Positions 29,745 to 39,712 of a stretch of DNA of 64,000 nucleotides are shown here, in pieces. The notes below the pieces were generated by a model, which had not been told where the DNA came from, ran no database searches, and worked only from the letters and a program-made list of their open reading frames with translations. Numbering within the stretch: the first letter of the stretch is position 1; each line of letters opens with the position of its first letter. The DNA is from Planctomycetota bacterium (GTDB lineage: Bacteria; Planctomycetota; Phycisphaerae; WQYP01), in contig JAJYFE010000003.1 of assembly GCA_021785435.1 (NCBI GenBank), forward strand, positions 1 to 64,000. Direction: 5' to 3'. Both the position numbers and the translations under genes were made by a program.

Positions 29745-30952
29745 GTCAACAGTCATGCGGCTGTACAGGCTGATGGTTAAGACAGGCGTCGAATGCCGGG
29801 CCAATTCCTGGCATGTCTTGACGCTGGCCCCGGATTGCACCAGCCACGAAACGTAACTCACGCGAAGGCAATGGAAATCCGTATCCGCCGTAGAAACGCC
29901 CGCTGCCTGTAAGTCGGCTCGGAACATGTCCGCCACGTCAAAACGCGGCGGTAGGGCGAATACAGGCTTGCCGGCGGCCTTCTGGTGCAGCCATGGCTTG
30001 AGCTTTTCGGCCAGGGCGACGGGTATCGCCTGCCGATTATCGCGACGCCGCTTGGAGTAGGCGGCCTTCACCGTGATGGTGGCCGGGGTATCGTTCAAGT
30101 CAAAACTTTCCGGCATCAGTGTCCGCAACTCGCCTTGCCGAAAGCCTGTGTTACCCGCCACGCGATAAACCATGGCCCGGTCCGTGCCGCTCATGCCAAA
30201 GGCTTCACCGGGTTTGTCGGTGGCGGCGATCAGGGCGGCAAACTTGGCGTGGCTCAACGCCCGGCGGTGAATCTTGCGATCCGATGCGGCCACCGTGGAA
30301 ACCTTCACGGCAATAAGCGTATCGTCGGCCAAGTGGCCGTTGCGGTGCGGCCAGCGGCTAGAGCGTGTTATAAACTTTGAAAACTAGGTTTTTCCGCATC
30401 CAGGGCGGGTTTTGTGCGTTCGCAGAGCCATCCACCCATTGCCTGCCGGGAGGTTGTAAGCCAAAACCACCGTGTTTCCGGCATTTTGGTGGCTTTGGCG
30501 CCTGAAAGTTCATAACACGCTCTAAACCTCTTTGCCGCTCGAATGTGATGGGCCAGGCTCGCTTTCTTGTGGGCTTTGTCCCGCAGCTTGGCAATGGCGG
30601 CATTCAAAGCGGCTGGTTTCAATTGCGACAGCCGCTCCACTTCGCCAAGCATTACTATCCGCTCCGCCCTCTGCTGGACTTGGAAGGCGTAGGCTTCCTT
30701 GCCGTTGCGGGCCAGAATGTCCGCTTCAAATTCGGCCAGGTGTTCCGCCAGCGGCTTGCGTTCGGCGGCGGCAAATCTGTCCATGGCGGCGTCGATGATG
30801 CCTTCCCGGCGGAGCATGGAATCGGTTTGCAGTTTGTTGGCAATCTGCAACGCCATGCCTTTGTCCGTACCGGCAGACTTCGCTTTCCACAAGCCGTCTG
30901 TACCAAGGTGCGAAGCAATCCAGTTTTTCCCACGTTTGTAGACGCTTGCCAT
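29685..30952 (-). pseudogene. Tyrosine integrase interrupted by a MITE
   Basis: N-part MASVYKRG...; C-part GFRQGEL, FHCLR, LARHS, LY; removing 30361-30524 restores one ~367-aa ORF (...AAKRFSRWPHRNGHLADD...). Confidence 0.88.
30361..30522. mobile_element. 162-bp MITE with 18-bp terminal inverted repeats and TA target duplication
   Basis: GAGCGTGTTATAAACTTT ... AAAGTTCATAACACGCTC (17/18 match); TA at 30359-30360 and 30523-30524. Confidence 0.88.
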
Positions 30953-30974
30953 AGATCACCGATGCTTTCTCACT

Positions 30975-31232
30975 TCAGCGGTAAATGTCCTTACGATGGC
31001 CGATTTTCAAAACCAGAACCAGCAGCCGTTGGTCGTGAATTTCATACATAATCCGATACGGGCCGACGCGAACCCGCCATAAGTTATCGTCCCCCTGCAT
31101 CTTCACTACGCCGGGCGGACGCGGATCAGACGCCAGCGCGTCGATGCACCGTTCGAGTCTGGCCGTGACATCATGGGGAAGCCTTTCCAACGCTTTGGCG
31201 GCGGCGGCTTTAAGGACGATGCGATAAGCCAC
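30975..31232 (-). CDS. RelE/ParE-family toxin
   Basis: LASDPRPPGVVKMQG...WRVRVGPYRIMYEI...IGHRKDIYR; GTG start after GAGG. Confidence 0.9.
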   Translation of the reverse strand: MAYRIVLKAAAAKALERLPHDVTARLERCIDALASDPRPPGVVKMQGDDNLWRVRVGPYRIMYEIHDQRLLVLVLKIGHRKDIYR

Positions 31233-31236
31233 GGCC

Positions 31237-31518
31237 TCAATGCTTCCCCGTGGTGTCGCCTGCCTGGACATGCCGGCGCTTGGCTTTCAATCGCGCTTTG
31301 ACAGTTTCCCAAGGTATCTCGCCTTTTTCCTTGCGGGCCTTGAGCGCGGCCTTCAAGTCGGCCGCATCTTCCAGCGCATCCAATGTCCGTAGATCGTCAA
31401 TGCTCACCAGCGCCGCGGTGGGTTTGCCCTTGCGGGCCAAAGGGATACGCTCTCCACCATAAGCCACACGGCTCAAGTAATCCGACAGGTTATTTCTGAA
31501 CGCCACAATACTATCCAT
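31237..31518 (-). CDS. Phd/YefM-family antitoxin
   Basis: FRNNLSDYLSRVAYGGERI..RKGKPTAALVS; directly upstream of the toxin. Confidence 0.88.
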   Translation of the reverse strand: MDSIVAFRNNLSDYLSRVAYGGERIPLARKGKPTAALVSIDDLRTLDALEDAADLKAALKARKEKGEIPWETVKARLKAKRRHVQAGDTTGKH

Positions 31519-31546
31519 ACTGCACACTCCAAGTACGCCGCAATTT

Positions 31547-31577
31547 ATAATGTACATTATGTAAACTATCTTGTCAA
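31547..31577 (-). promoter_or_regulatory. TA promoter with overlapping palindromic operator
   Basis: Minus-strand TTGACA (31572-31577), 17 bp, TACATT (31549-31554); perfect palindrome ATAATGTACATTAT at 31547-31560. Confidence 0.75.
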
Positions 31578-31735
31578 GTGTTTTTTCATCGGCTCGCAAG
31601 TCACGCCGCGCTATGGCCGGTTGTCTTCGAAAAACGAGCATTCACACCACCCTTGCGAACGGCTGGCGTCGCCCACCGCTCCAGCGGCAGGTTCGGTAAA
31701 GCCGAAACCATTGAAGCAGAAAGACAATCACCATT

Positions 31736-32908
31736 TCATAGCCCCGCCGTCTGGGCGTTGGCTTCCGGTTTTGCCCAATCCATCGTCGTGCTTCCGGCCC
31801 GTCCTGCTGCCGGTGGAGGTGCGATCACGTTTGGCGGTCTAATCCATCGGTAACGATTCGCCTTGCCGCCTGCCACGACACCCGGCGTACCACGTTGCAC
31901 CAAGGCGATCAATCCCGATGCGGCCAGCCTCTGGAAAGCGCGCAGTGCCTCCATGGGCGTTGCAAAACCGCAGTGCTTGCAGGCGGCACGGGTTGTCAAA
32001 AAGAATTCGCCGGGCGGGTTGTTTCCCAATGCTCGGCAAAGCCGTCCCAAGGCGTCCAGCTTCGGCATATCCGGCAGAATAGGTGGTGACTTCTGGGCGG
32101 AGGCGGTGGCGCGGGCGATGGTGGCAGGAAACTTGCGACATTTCCCACCCCGGCAAAACTCTTGCCAGTTGAACTCCCTGTCTTTCGTCCTGATATACAG
32201 CTCGGCCTGCTCGTACCACAAGTCGAATTCGCCGCGGAGAGCCTCCGGTTCCGCGCCGGGGTTCAATCCCTTGAGAATCCCGACCAGTTCAAACAAGCTT
32301 TAGTTTCGTACCCCAGCGCCCATGTTACATATGTCGTAAACAGACTTATGTAACAGCACGGCATTGGTAAGGGGCGGGGGAAATCGGAAACTTGGGTCTT
32401 CGGCAAGCTGAAACCATTCCGGGACGATGGTGGGTATCTGGCTGTCAGGTTCTGGCGTCCTTATCCACCGGTAGCAGACGCCCGATTCGTGTTCACTCGG
32501 CGGCAGAATCACGAACCTTCCGTCGGCTTTGAATTCGCCGCCTTGAAAATCTTTGCCGTGGACAGCTTCAGAAACCCTGCCGAAGAAGTGTTTGCCCCTG
32601 AATGTCTGCGACACCGGCAGTTCGGCGGCGATTTCGGCAAACTCGCTTTCCCACATGGCGCATGCAGGCACAACGTCAAAATCCAGCGCCACCAGCCCGT
32701 TGCTGCGTTGTCCGAGCGCTACACCGATCCCAGCAGTGCCAGGACGCGAGAATAGTTCTTCGGTTTGGCGGCGGCCGAGCGGTTCCCGCGTCCAGTACGT
32801 CCATCGGCACCGCGGTATTTTTCCCCGATCTACCGGAAATATGCGCCAGCCCCAAGATTGATAGAGGGCGGCGGTTTCGAGCAACGTAGTAGTGGCGATA
32901 GTGTTCAT
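31736..32908 (-). pseudogene. Bifunctional DNA primase-polymerase (Prim-Pol) with C-terminal domains, in-frame TAA at 32300-32302
   Basis: WRIFPV..GKIP, GIGVALG..SNGLVALDFD, RGKHFF, FVILPPSEH; the same frame continues RN*SLFELVG... to an HTH-like tail. Confidence 0.75.
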
Positions 32909-32912
32909 GGCC

Positions 32913-33101
32913 TCACCGCGCCGGCAGCCCGGCTTCAAACCGCTCCAATTCTTGCGGCGAAATTCTTACGCTTCTCCCGATTTTCACCGCACGAATGTGG
33001 CGCGATGCACATAGCTTCCGAATCATGCGGGCTGACAATGCCAACCGCTCGGCAGCCGAAGCGTAGGTGAAGTAAGGGCGTATGTCTGTGGTGTTGGCCA
33101 T
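32913..33101 (-). CDS. Excisionase-like helix-turn-helix DNA-binding protein
   Basis: FTYASAAERLALSARMIRKLC...AVKIGRSVRISPQELERF. Confidence 0.8.
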   Translation of the reverse strand: MANTTDIRPYFTYASAAERLALSARMIRKLCASRHIRAVKIGRSVRISPQELERFEAGLPAR

Positions 33102-33617
33102 GCTGGGGCACTCCGTGTCCGCCCCGGCGACCACGGCCACCACGGCCGCGAAGTTCGCCCTTGGGCTATGACACCGAGCATCCATCACGTTGGCAGGCAG
33201 AAATTCCGGCGGAATTTCTGGCAACTATTGACTTCTGCATAAATAATACAATAGTCAGGGCAAAAAAGGGGGTAGTTGCGTCTGGTGGATGCACCAGCGC
33301 AGCTCGCCTTATCGAGTCGCCTCCTTCGGCGACTTGGGCTGGGAGGCCCGCAGGCTCCGGAGCGTCCTACGGAGCGCCACGGCCAGGGCGTCGAGATGGG
33401 CGAGGCGTCTTTTCCGGCGGGAAGCCCCACGGGGCGGATAATGCATTCCCCGCCGCGAACGATACCCCCCCCCAGTATACCCCGCGTGGGGAAAGGGTGG
33501 GGAAAACCACTGGCAAAAACGGGATACTACTAGCAGATATGGACATATCTAGTTGATCCAATAAGAATGAAGAAAACCCAATAGGCATAAGGCAAAGCCG
33601 CATGGATATTGGGTTTC

Positions 33618-33702
33618 GACCGGGTGGCGGAATGGCAGACGCTCAGGACTTAAAATCCTGTGACCTGTAAAGGTCGTGCGGGTTCGAGTCCCGCCCCGGG
33701 CA
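33618..33702 (+). tRNA. Second tRNA-Leu(TAA) copy (attR), single C2A change in the acceptor stem
   Basis: Identical to 29660-29744 except GACCGGG instead of GCCCGGG; functionality uncertain. Confidence 0.7.
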
Positions 33703-34357
33703 GTCCATAAGTGATCCCATGCTGACCGGTCATCGGATGACCGGCGCCAAGTATGAAACCCGCCAGCCGCGCAGGAAGGCCAGGCTGCTCGGCATGGCGC
33801 CAGGCCCAGGTCCGGCAGGTCCGCGCCAGTCGCTCCAGTTCGGAATCGCCCAAAATGGCCGGTAAGCCATCCGTCTCTGGGACGGCGCTGGATATCTCCG
33901 ACCACCCATCGCAAAGTCGCCACGCCACGCACAATAAAGCCACGGGCGATTTCTGGTTAAAATAGGAGCGGGGCGGTGGCGGCTGGTGTGGCGGGTGGTA
34001 GAGGGTGGCGCTGAAGATGGCTGGGGGTCCGCGAGGAGATAACGGTTACACTCTGGAAAAGAAATTGGCGCCGGCGTGGCAGAAATGCTAAGTAGGAACG
34101 CAGAATGAATGCGGCGATTGAAGCGGGGCGGATCTTCGACCTGCTACCGATTCATTCTGTGTTCCCACTCAATCCCGACCGCTATCGGAATGCTAAGCCG
34201 CAAACGGCTAATAAGCGATAGCCATCGGGATGGATTAACAGCGGCTGGGCCAGGCTTCGAAAACGGCGGCATTGGATCGCGGCGCGCGCGACGCGCGGAG
34301 CGGCGCCAGGGCGATAGGGTCAGGGCCGACGATTCTCGAACCGTCCGATAAGTCGAA

Positions 34358-37300
34358 ATGATCGGGAGACAGGAGCCGATAACAGTGAACCAACCGCCAC
34401 CCATCCGGGAGGGCCAAACCATCACCGGTTCGCTGTTCAGTGAGCCGATGCGGGTGGTGACGGTTCGCACCGAGGGGCCTGACACCTGGATTGCCGGCCT
34501 GGTTGGCCTGCGGAGCCAACGATTTCACGAGGTCACACTGACCGCCGATCAAATCGCCAAGCTCACCATTCTCGATGCCGCGCTCAACTACGCCGGCGAC
34601 GGCCACTTGCTCCGCCTGGGCCTGCAGGCCTATGCGCTGGGCATCGCGTATGAATTCGATCCCTACTTTGGCCTGTCCATTTCCCGCGTGGATCCGCTGC
34701 CGCACCAGTTGGAGGCCGTGTACGACTATCTGCTGAAGCTCGCCCGCGTGCGTTTTCTGCTGGCCGATGACGCCGGGGCCGGCAAGACGATTATGGCCGG
34801 GCTGCTTATCCGCGAACTGGAACTGCGCGGCCTCGCCGAACGCATCCTGGTTGTTGCTCCGGCCAACCTGGCGTTCCAATGGCAACGGGAACTGCGGGAT
34901 AAATTCGAGGCGAAATTCGAGGTCATGCGGGGAACCGATATCCGGGAGCAGTTTGGCTTCAACCAATGGCAGGAAAAAAAGCGGATTATCACCTCACTGG
35001 ATCTGGCCAAACGCGACGACATATTGCCCGGCCTCGGGCAGGCGCACTGGGATCTGGTCATTGTGGATGAAGCCCACCGCATGTCGGCGTCTGATGAAAC
35101 CCACAAAAGCCTGCGCTATAAACTGGGCGAGCTACTCCGCGATACCACCGATCACCTGCTGTTGCTCACCGCCACGCCGCACAAAGGTAACCCTGAAAAC
35201 TTCAGCCTGTTTCTGCAACTGCTCGACCTCGATGCCTATGCGGACGTGAAATCCATCCGCCAGGCGATGGAGCGCCGCCGGGCGCCGTTCTATCTGCGCC
35301 GCACCAAGGAGGCCATGGTCTATTTCCCGCAGCGCCAAGCCGACGGCACCTGGGTGGCCCGGAAGATTTTCACCAAACGCATTCCGCACACCGTGGATTT
35401 TCAGATGGATGGGCCGGAGTTCAAGCTCTATCAGGAGGTCACGCGCTTTGTGAAACGGCACAGCGCCCGGGCGGCGGCGCAGGGGGATGACCCGCGCGCC
35501 CGCGCTGTGGGTTTTCTGATGTCGCTTTATCAGCGCCGGTTGGCCTCCAGCGCCTACGCCATGCGCCACAGCCTGGAAAACCGCGCCCACCGATTGGAAG
35601 ACGGCCTTAAGCATGCCCAGGAGTTGGCCCGCGGAGCGCCGCCGGATTTGCCGTCATCCGAAGAAATCGAAGAAATGGAGGACACCGAACGGGAGCGGCT
35701 GGAAAAAACGTTGGAAGCCATCACGCTGGCGGGTAATGCCGAACAGGTCCGCCTGGAAGTTCAGGAGCTGCGTGAACTTGCCGCCCAGGCCCGCACGGTG
35801 GAGGACGGCGGCGCTGAGGCGAAGCTGTCGCGCCTGAAAGAGCTGCTCCAGAAAGAGGGCTTTTTCGACCGGCCTGACCAGCGCCTGCTCGTGTTTACCG
35901 AGTTTAAGGACACGCTGGATTATCTGGTCGCCAGGTTCAAGGGCTGGGGCTTCAGGGTGGGGTGTATCCATGGCGGCATGAAGCCCGGCTCGCGTGATGA
36001 ACCCGGCACACGGCTCTTCGCCGAGCAGCAATTCCGCGATGGGGCGATTCAGATTTTGGTCGCCACGGAGGCCGCCGGCGAGGGGATCAACCTGCAGGTC
36101 TGCAACATCCTGTTTAACTACGATATCCCCTGGAATCCTAACCGCTTGGAACAACGGATGGGCCGGATTCACCGCTATGGCCAGCACAAGACGTGTCTCA
36201 TATTCAACTTCGTCGCGAGTAACACGATCGAGGGCCATGTTCTGCGGCGTCTGCTGGCCAAGTTGCAGGAAATACGGGACGCGCTCGATGATGACGCCGT
36301 CTTCAACGTGGTCGGCGAAGTGTTGCCGGCCGCGCACGTCGAAAAAGTGCTGCGCGATTATTACGCCGGTAAACTCGGCGATGGCGACCTGGAGGAGCGG
36401 CTGCTGAAAAATGTTGAAGAAGGCCAGTTCCGCGCCATCTGCCAAAACGCGCTGGAAGGCCTGGCCTCTAAAAAGCTCAATCTGCGGATGCTCGTGGAGC
36501 GCCGGGCCTTGGCCCAGGAACGCCGCATGGTGCCCGAAACCATCGCCCGTTTTATCCGCGAAGCAGCGCCCTATGCCCGGCTGGAGCTGAAAACGCTTTC
36601 CACCGTGCCGCATGCGTTCGAGCCGGGCCGCACGCCGCCGGCCTTACGCAGCTACGAACGCGCCCCGGATTGGCGGCTGCCGGCGCTTTCGATCAAGTAC
36701 CCGCGCTGCTCCACGGACCGCGAAGCGGCCGAGAAAAATTCCCTGGAATGGATCACGCCCGGCCATCCACTTTTCGAGGCTATACGGCGGCATACGTCGG
36801 ACCTGGCCGCGGACGCTCTTGGCAAGGGGGCCTGTTTTTACTCGCTGGAGCATGATACCCCGGTACGCCTTGACTTTTATCGCGCCCGCGTGGTGGACGG
36901 GCTTGGGCAGGTCATCCATGAACGGCTCTTCGCCGTGGAAGTGGCCGACGGCAAAGCCCCCGCCATCCGCGAGCCGGGGATCTTGGGCAATTTTACGCCA
37001 GCCCCGGCGCCGCACGATCTGCCTGCGGCAGCCCAGGAGCCGGAGCCAACGGCCTGGCTCCAGAAAACCGCGCTCCAGCCATTTCTGGAGGAAACCCGCC
37101 AAGAGCGGCTGGGGGAAATCGAACGCGTCGCCGAACACGTGAGGCTATCCCTGACCGAGCTCATGCAGAGAGCCGATGACGAAATCGGCAAAGCGGCTAA
37201 TGAGGTGGAGAAAAAGCTGCCCGGCGCGGAGGGGCGGCTTTCCCAGGCGGAAAACCGTCATGCCGAATTGCTGGCCCGCCGGGACCGCCGCCGCCGCGAA

Positions 37301-37798
37301 CTGGAGCGACAACGTTCGCTATCTCTGCAGGCCGTGGAGCGTCTGACCAGTGTTCTGGTTCTGCCGCATCCCGATCGGGATGCGCCGGAGGTGCGCAACC
37401 TCCGGCAAAATCTCCAGACCGAGGCCATCGCCATGCAGGCGGTGCTGGAGCACGAAAAGGCGCAAGGCCGGCAGGTTTATGACGTCCACGAGAAAAATCT
37501 CGGCTACGATATCACCAGTCTGGACTTAGATTCCGGCGAACTGCGGCTGATCGAAGTCAAAGGCCTCGGCGCGGAAAGCGGCTCGGTGCTGCTGACGCCC
37601 AATGAATTACGCGTCGCCCAGGACCGGCCCGAATGCTTCTGGCTCTACGTGGTCACGAACTGCAACGCCCAGCCGACCATTTTCCCACCGATCAAAAATC
37701 CCGCCCGCCTGCCCTGGGGCGAAGTGGTTAAGGTCCAGCACTATGCGATAACGCTTAAAGATATGCGAAGCAGCCTCTCCACGGAGGGAGCAAAATGA
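34358..37798 (+). CDS. SNF2-family helicase with C-terminal DUF3883-type nuclease domain
   Basis: LLADDAGAGKT, DEAH, TATPH, EGINLQ, RLEQRMGRIHRYGQ; GYDITS...IEVKG...LTPNE. Confidence 0.9.
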   Translation: MIGRQEPITVNQPPPIREGQTITGSLFSEPMRVVTVRTEGPDTWIAGLVGLRSQRFHEVTLTADQIAKLTILDAALNYAGDGHLLRLGLQAYALGIAYEFDPYFGLSISRVDPLPHQLEAVYDYLLKLARVRFLLADDAGAGKTIMAGLLIRELELRGLAERILVVAPANLAFQWQRELRDKFEAKFEVMRGTDIREQFGFNQWQEKKRIITSLDLAKRDDILPGLGQAHWDLVIVDEAHRMSASDETHKSLRYKLGELLRDTTDHLLLLTATPHKGNPENFSLFLQLLDLDAYADVKSIRQAMERRRAPFYLRRTKEAMVYFPQRQADGTWVARKIFTKRIPHTVDFQMDGPEFKLYQEVTRFVKRHSARAAAQGDDPRARAVGFLMSLYQRRLASSAYAMRHSLENRAHRLEDGLKHAQELARGAPPDLPSSEEIEEMEDTERERLEKTLEAITLAGNAEQVRLEVQELRELAAQARTVEDGGAEAKLSRLKELLQKEGFFDRPDQRLLVFTEFKDTLDYLVARFKGWGFRVGCIHGGMKPGSRDEPGTRLFAEQQFRDGAIQILVATEAAGEGINLQVCNILFNYDIPWNPNRLEQRMGRIHRYGQHKTCLIFNFVASNTIEGHVLRRLLAKLQEIRDALDDDAVFNVVGEVLPAAHVEKVLRDYYAGKLGDGDLEERLLKNVEEGQFRAICQNALEGLASKKLNLRMLVERRALAQERRMVPETIARFIREAAPYARLELKTLSTVPHAFEPGRTPPALRSYERAPDWRLPALSIKYPRCSTDREAAEKNSLEWITPGHPLFEAIRRHTSDLAADALGKGACFYSLEHDTPVRLDFYRARVVDGLGQVIHERLFAVEVADGKAPAIREPGILGNFTPAPAPHDLPAAAQEPEPTAWLQKTALQPFLEETRQERLGEIERVAEHVRLSLTELMQRADDEIGKAANEVEKKLPGAEGRLSQAENRHAELLARRDRRRRELERQRSLSLQAVERLTSVLVLPHPDRDAPEVRNLRQNLQTEAIAMQAVLEHEKAQGRQVYDVHEKNLGYDITSLDLDSGELRLIEVKGLGAESGSVLLTPNELRVAQDRPECFWLYVVTNCNAQPTIFPPIKNPARLPWGEVVKVQHYAITLKDMRSSLSTEGAK

Positions 37799-38844
37799 AA
37801 TCATTCGAGCACGGCTATCTATTGGATACGGCCATTTCCCACTCGCTACTGAGGTCGATGCGGGTATTGGGGGAATTTCGGGGCCGCGAGAATCTCTACA
37901 CTGAACAATTTCCAGAGGTTCTGGAAACGCTGCGGCAAGTCGCCCTCGTTCAAAGCGCTGAATCTTCCAATCGCATTGAGGGCATTACGGTCCTTCCCGA
38001 GCGCCTCGCCCCTCTGGTAACCAAGAAAACGCAGCCGCGTGACCGGTCGGAGCAGGAAGTGGCCGGTTATCGCGACGTACTGGCCGATATCCACTCCAAT
38101 CACGCGCGCTTGAAGTTATCCACGGACCTCATACTTCGCTGGCACCAGATGATCTACCACTACACCGGCGAGATAGGCGGCGCGTGGAAAACCGGCGACA
38201 ATGCCATCTTGGAAACGCGGCCCGAGGGTCGGCAGGTGGTGCGCTTCCGGCCTGTATCCGCCGTGGGCACGCCGCAGTTTATGCAGCGACTCGTGGAGCT
38301 TTTTCAGCAATCCCTGGCGGAAGCGAAAACCGACCCGCTCTTGCTGGTTGCCAGCGCCATCTTTGATTTTGAATGCATCCATCCATTCAAGGATGGCAAC
38401 GGGCGTATCGGCCGGTTGCTCACGCTTCTGCTGCTCTACCAGTGCGGCTACGAGGCCGGGCGCTATATCAGCCTTGAGCGCATCGTCGAGGAAAGCAAAG
38501 AGACTTACTACGAAGCTCTATATAAAAGCTCGCAGGGCTGGCACAACGGCGAGCATGACCTTCGCCCCTGGTGGGAATATTTCCTGGGCACGCTGATCGC
38601 CGCCTACAACGAGTTTGAATCCCGCGTGGGCACCCTAAGTGGCGCGCGCGGTGCCAAGCGGGAAATGGTGCGCCATGCCGTGGGTCGCCTGCCACAGCGA
38701 TTTACCGTCGGCGATTTGAAGCGAGTTTGCGGCGGTGTAAGTTACCCCACGTTGCAGCGGGCCCTGGCCGACATGCGACGCGAAAAGCTGCTGCGGTGCC
38801 TGGGTCGCGGTCCAGACGCCCAGTGGGAACGGATTGAGGGCTGA
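37795..38844 (+). CDS. Fic family protein
   Basis: Canonical HPFKDGNGRIGR, SNRIEG, C-terminal HTH; ATGA overlap with the helicase. Confidence 0.93.
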   Translation: MKSFEHGYLLDTAISHSLLRSMRVLGEFRGRENLYTEQFPEVLETLRQVALVQSAESSNRIEGITVLPERLAPLVTKKTQPRDRSEQEVAGYRDVLADIHSNHARLKLSTDLILRWHQMIYHYTGEIGGAWKTGDNAILETRPEGRQVVRFRPVSAVGTPQFMQRLVELFQQSLAEAKTDPLLLVASAIFDFECIHPFKDGNGRIGRLLTLLLLYQCGYEAGRYISLERIVEESKETYYEALYKSSQGWHNGEHDLRPWWEYFLGTLIAAYNEFESRVGTLSGARGAKREMVRHAVGRLPQRFTVGDLKRVCGGVSYPTLQRALADMRREKLLRCLGRGPDAQWERIEG

Positions 38845-38902
38845 TATGATAATCTTATCACGAAGTGGACTGGTGATAAGAATGGATGGAAAAAGATCAC
38901 CA

Positions 38903-39436
38903 ATGACGCTACTATCCCCCAGCCGCAAGATTGTCATCATCGCCGGGCCAAATGGGGCGGGGAAGACAACGTTCGCGGAAGAATTTCTACCGCTGGAGGC
39001 CGGCTGTCCCGATTTTATTAACGCCGACTTGATTGCCCGCGGCCTTTCGCCATTTGCGCCGGAGAGAGCGGCATTCGAGGCTGGACGGATCATGCTGGCA
39101 CTGATGGCGCGCAAGACCGCCGCAGGCGAAAGCTTCGCGTTTGAGACGACGCTCAGCGGTCGGAATTATGCCCACCGCATCGCGCAATGGCGTAAATCCG
39201 GCTACCATGTGAAACTGATCTTCCTGAGTGTGCCCTCGGTCGATCTGGCGGCAGCGAGGGTGCGAGCTCGCGTTGCGCAGGGCGGTCATAATGTCCCCGA
39301 AGATGTGATCCGGCGGCGGTTTAAATCCGGTCTCAAGAATTTCCATGCCACCTATCGTTCACTGGTGGATAGTTGGATTCTTTACGATAATTCCGTAAGG
39401 CCGCCGCGCGTCCTTGAATCAGGAGGAAACCCGTGA
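38903..39436 (+). CDS. Zeta-toxin-like P-loop ATPase/kinase
   Basis: IIAGPNGAGKTT, FINADLIA, FAFETTLSG, RVAQGGHNVPEDVIRRRF. Confidence 0.85.
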   Translation: MTLLSPSRKIVIIAGPNGAGKTTFAEEFLPLEAGCPDFINADLIARGLSPFAPERAAFEAGRIMLALMARKTAAGESFAFETTLSGRNYAHRIAQWRKSGYHVKLIFLSVPSVDLAAARVRARVAQGGHNVPEDVIRRRFKSGLKNFHATYRSLVDSWILYDNSVRPPRVLESGGNP

Positions 39437-39645
39437 CCACACGAATGGATACGCAAGACCCCGACATCCTGGGATCGTTGCCGGCGCTGCGAAGGGCCGC
39501 GCACCGCGCTCGCCGCCTGGCCATCCGGACCGGTACGCCGTGCTACATCATGCGCCGAGGGAAAATAGTCAACATTGCCATAAAGCGCCGTGGCGGTGGC
39601 GCTGCGCCGCTACGGTCGCAAAGGCAAACTAAAAGCACCACCTGA
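39433..39645 (+). CDS. Small basic protein, probable partner of the zeta-like ATPase
   Basis: GTGA overlap; ALRRAAHRARRLA..TGTP..I.R.GKIV pattern. Confidence 0.6.
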   Translation: MTTRMDTQDPDILGSLPALRRAAHRARRLAIRTGTPCYIMRRGKIVNIAIKRRGGGAAPLRSQRQTKSTT

Positions 39646-39712
39646 CGAAAAGGGGCCACAAAGCTCTGGAAGGGCAAAGGTTTGTGCTGGGCAGGCGAGG
39701 CGGGGAAGGCCG

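Larger units (their letters stand above)
29662..33705. mobile_element. ~4 kb integrative element (int-TA-primpol-xis) flanked by 86-bp direct repeats
   Basis: 29662-29747 identical to 33620-33705; encloses integrase, TA, Prim-Pol and Xis-like genes, all on the minus strand. Confidence 0.88.

Noticed and set aside
29660..33705. Prophage
   Set aside because: No structural, packaging or lysis genes and only ~4 kb
33650..33943. ORF running antisense into tRNA copy 2 as an alternative integrase tail
   Set aside because: No recombinase motifs, and it is not joined to the integrase by excision geometry
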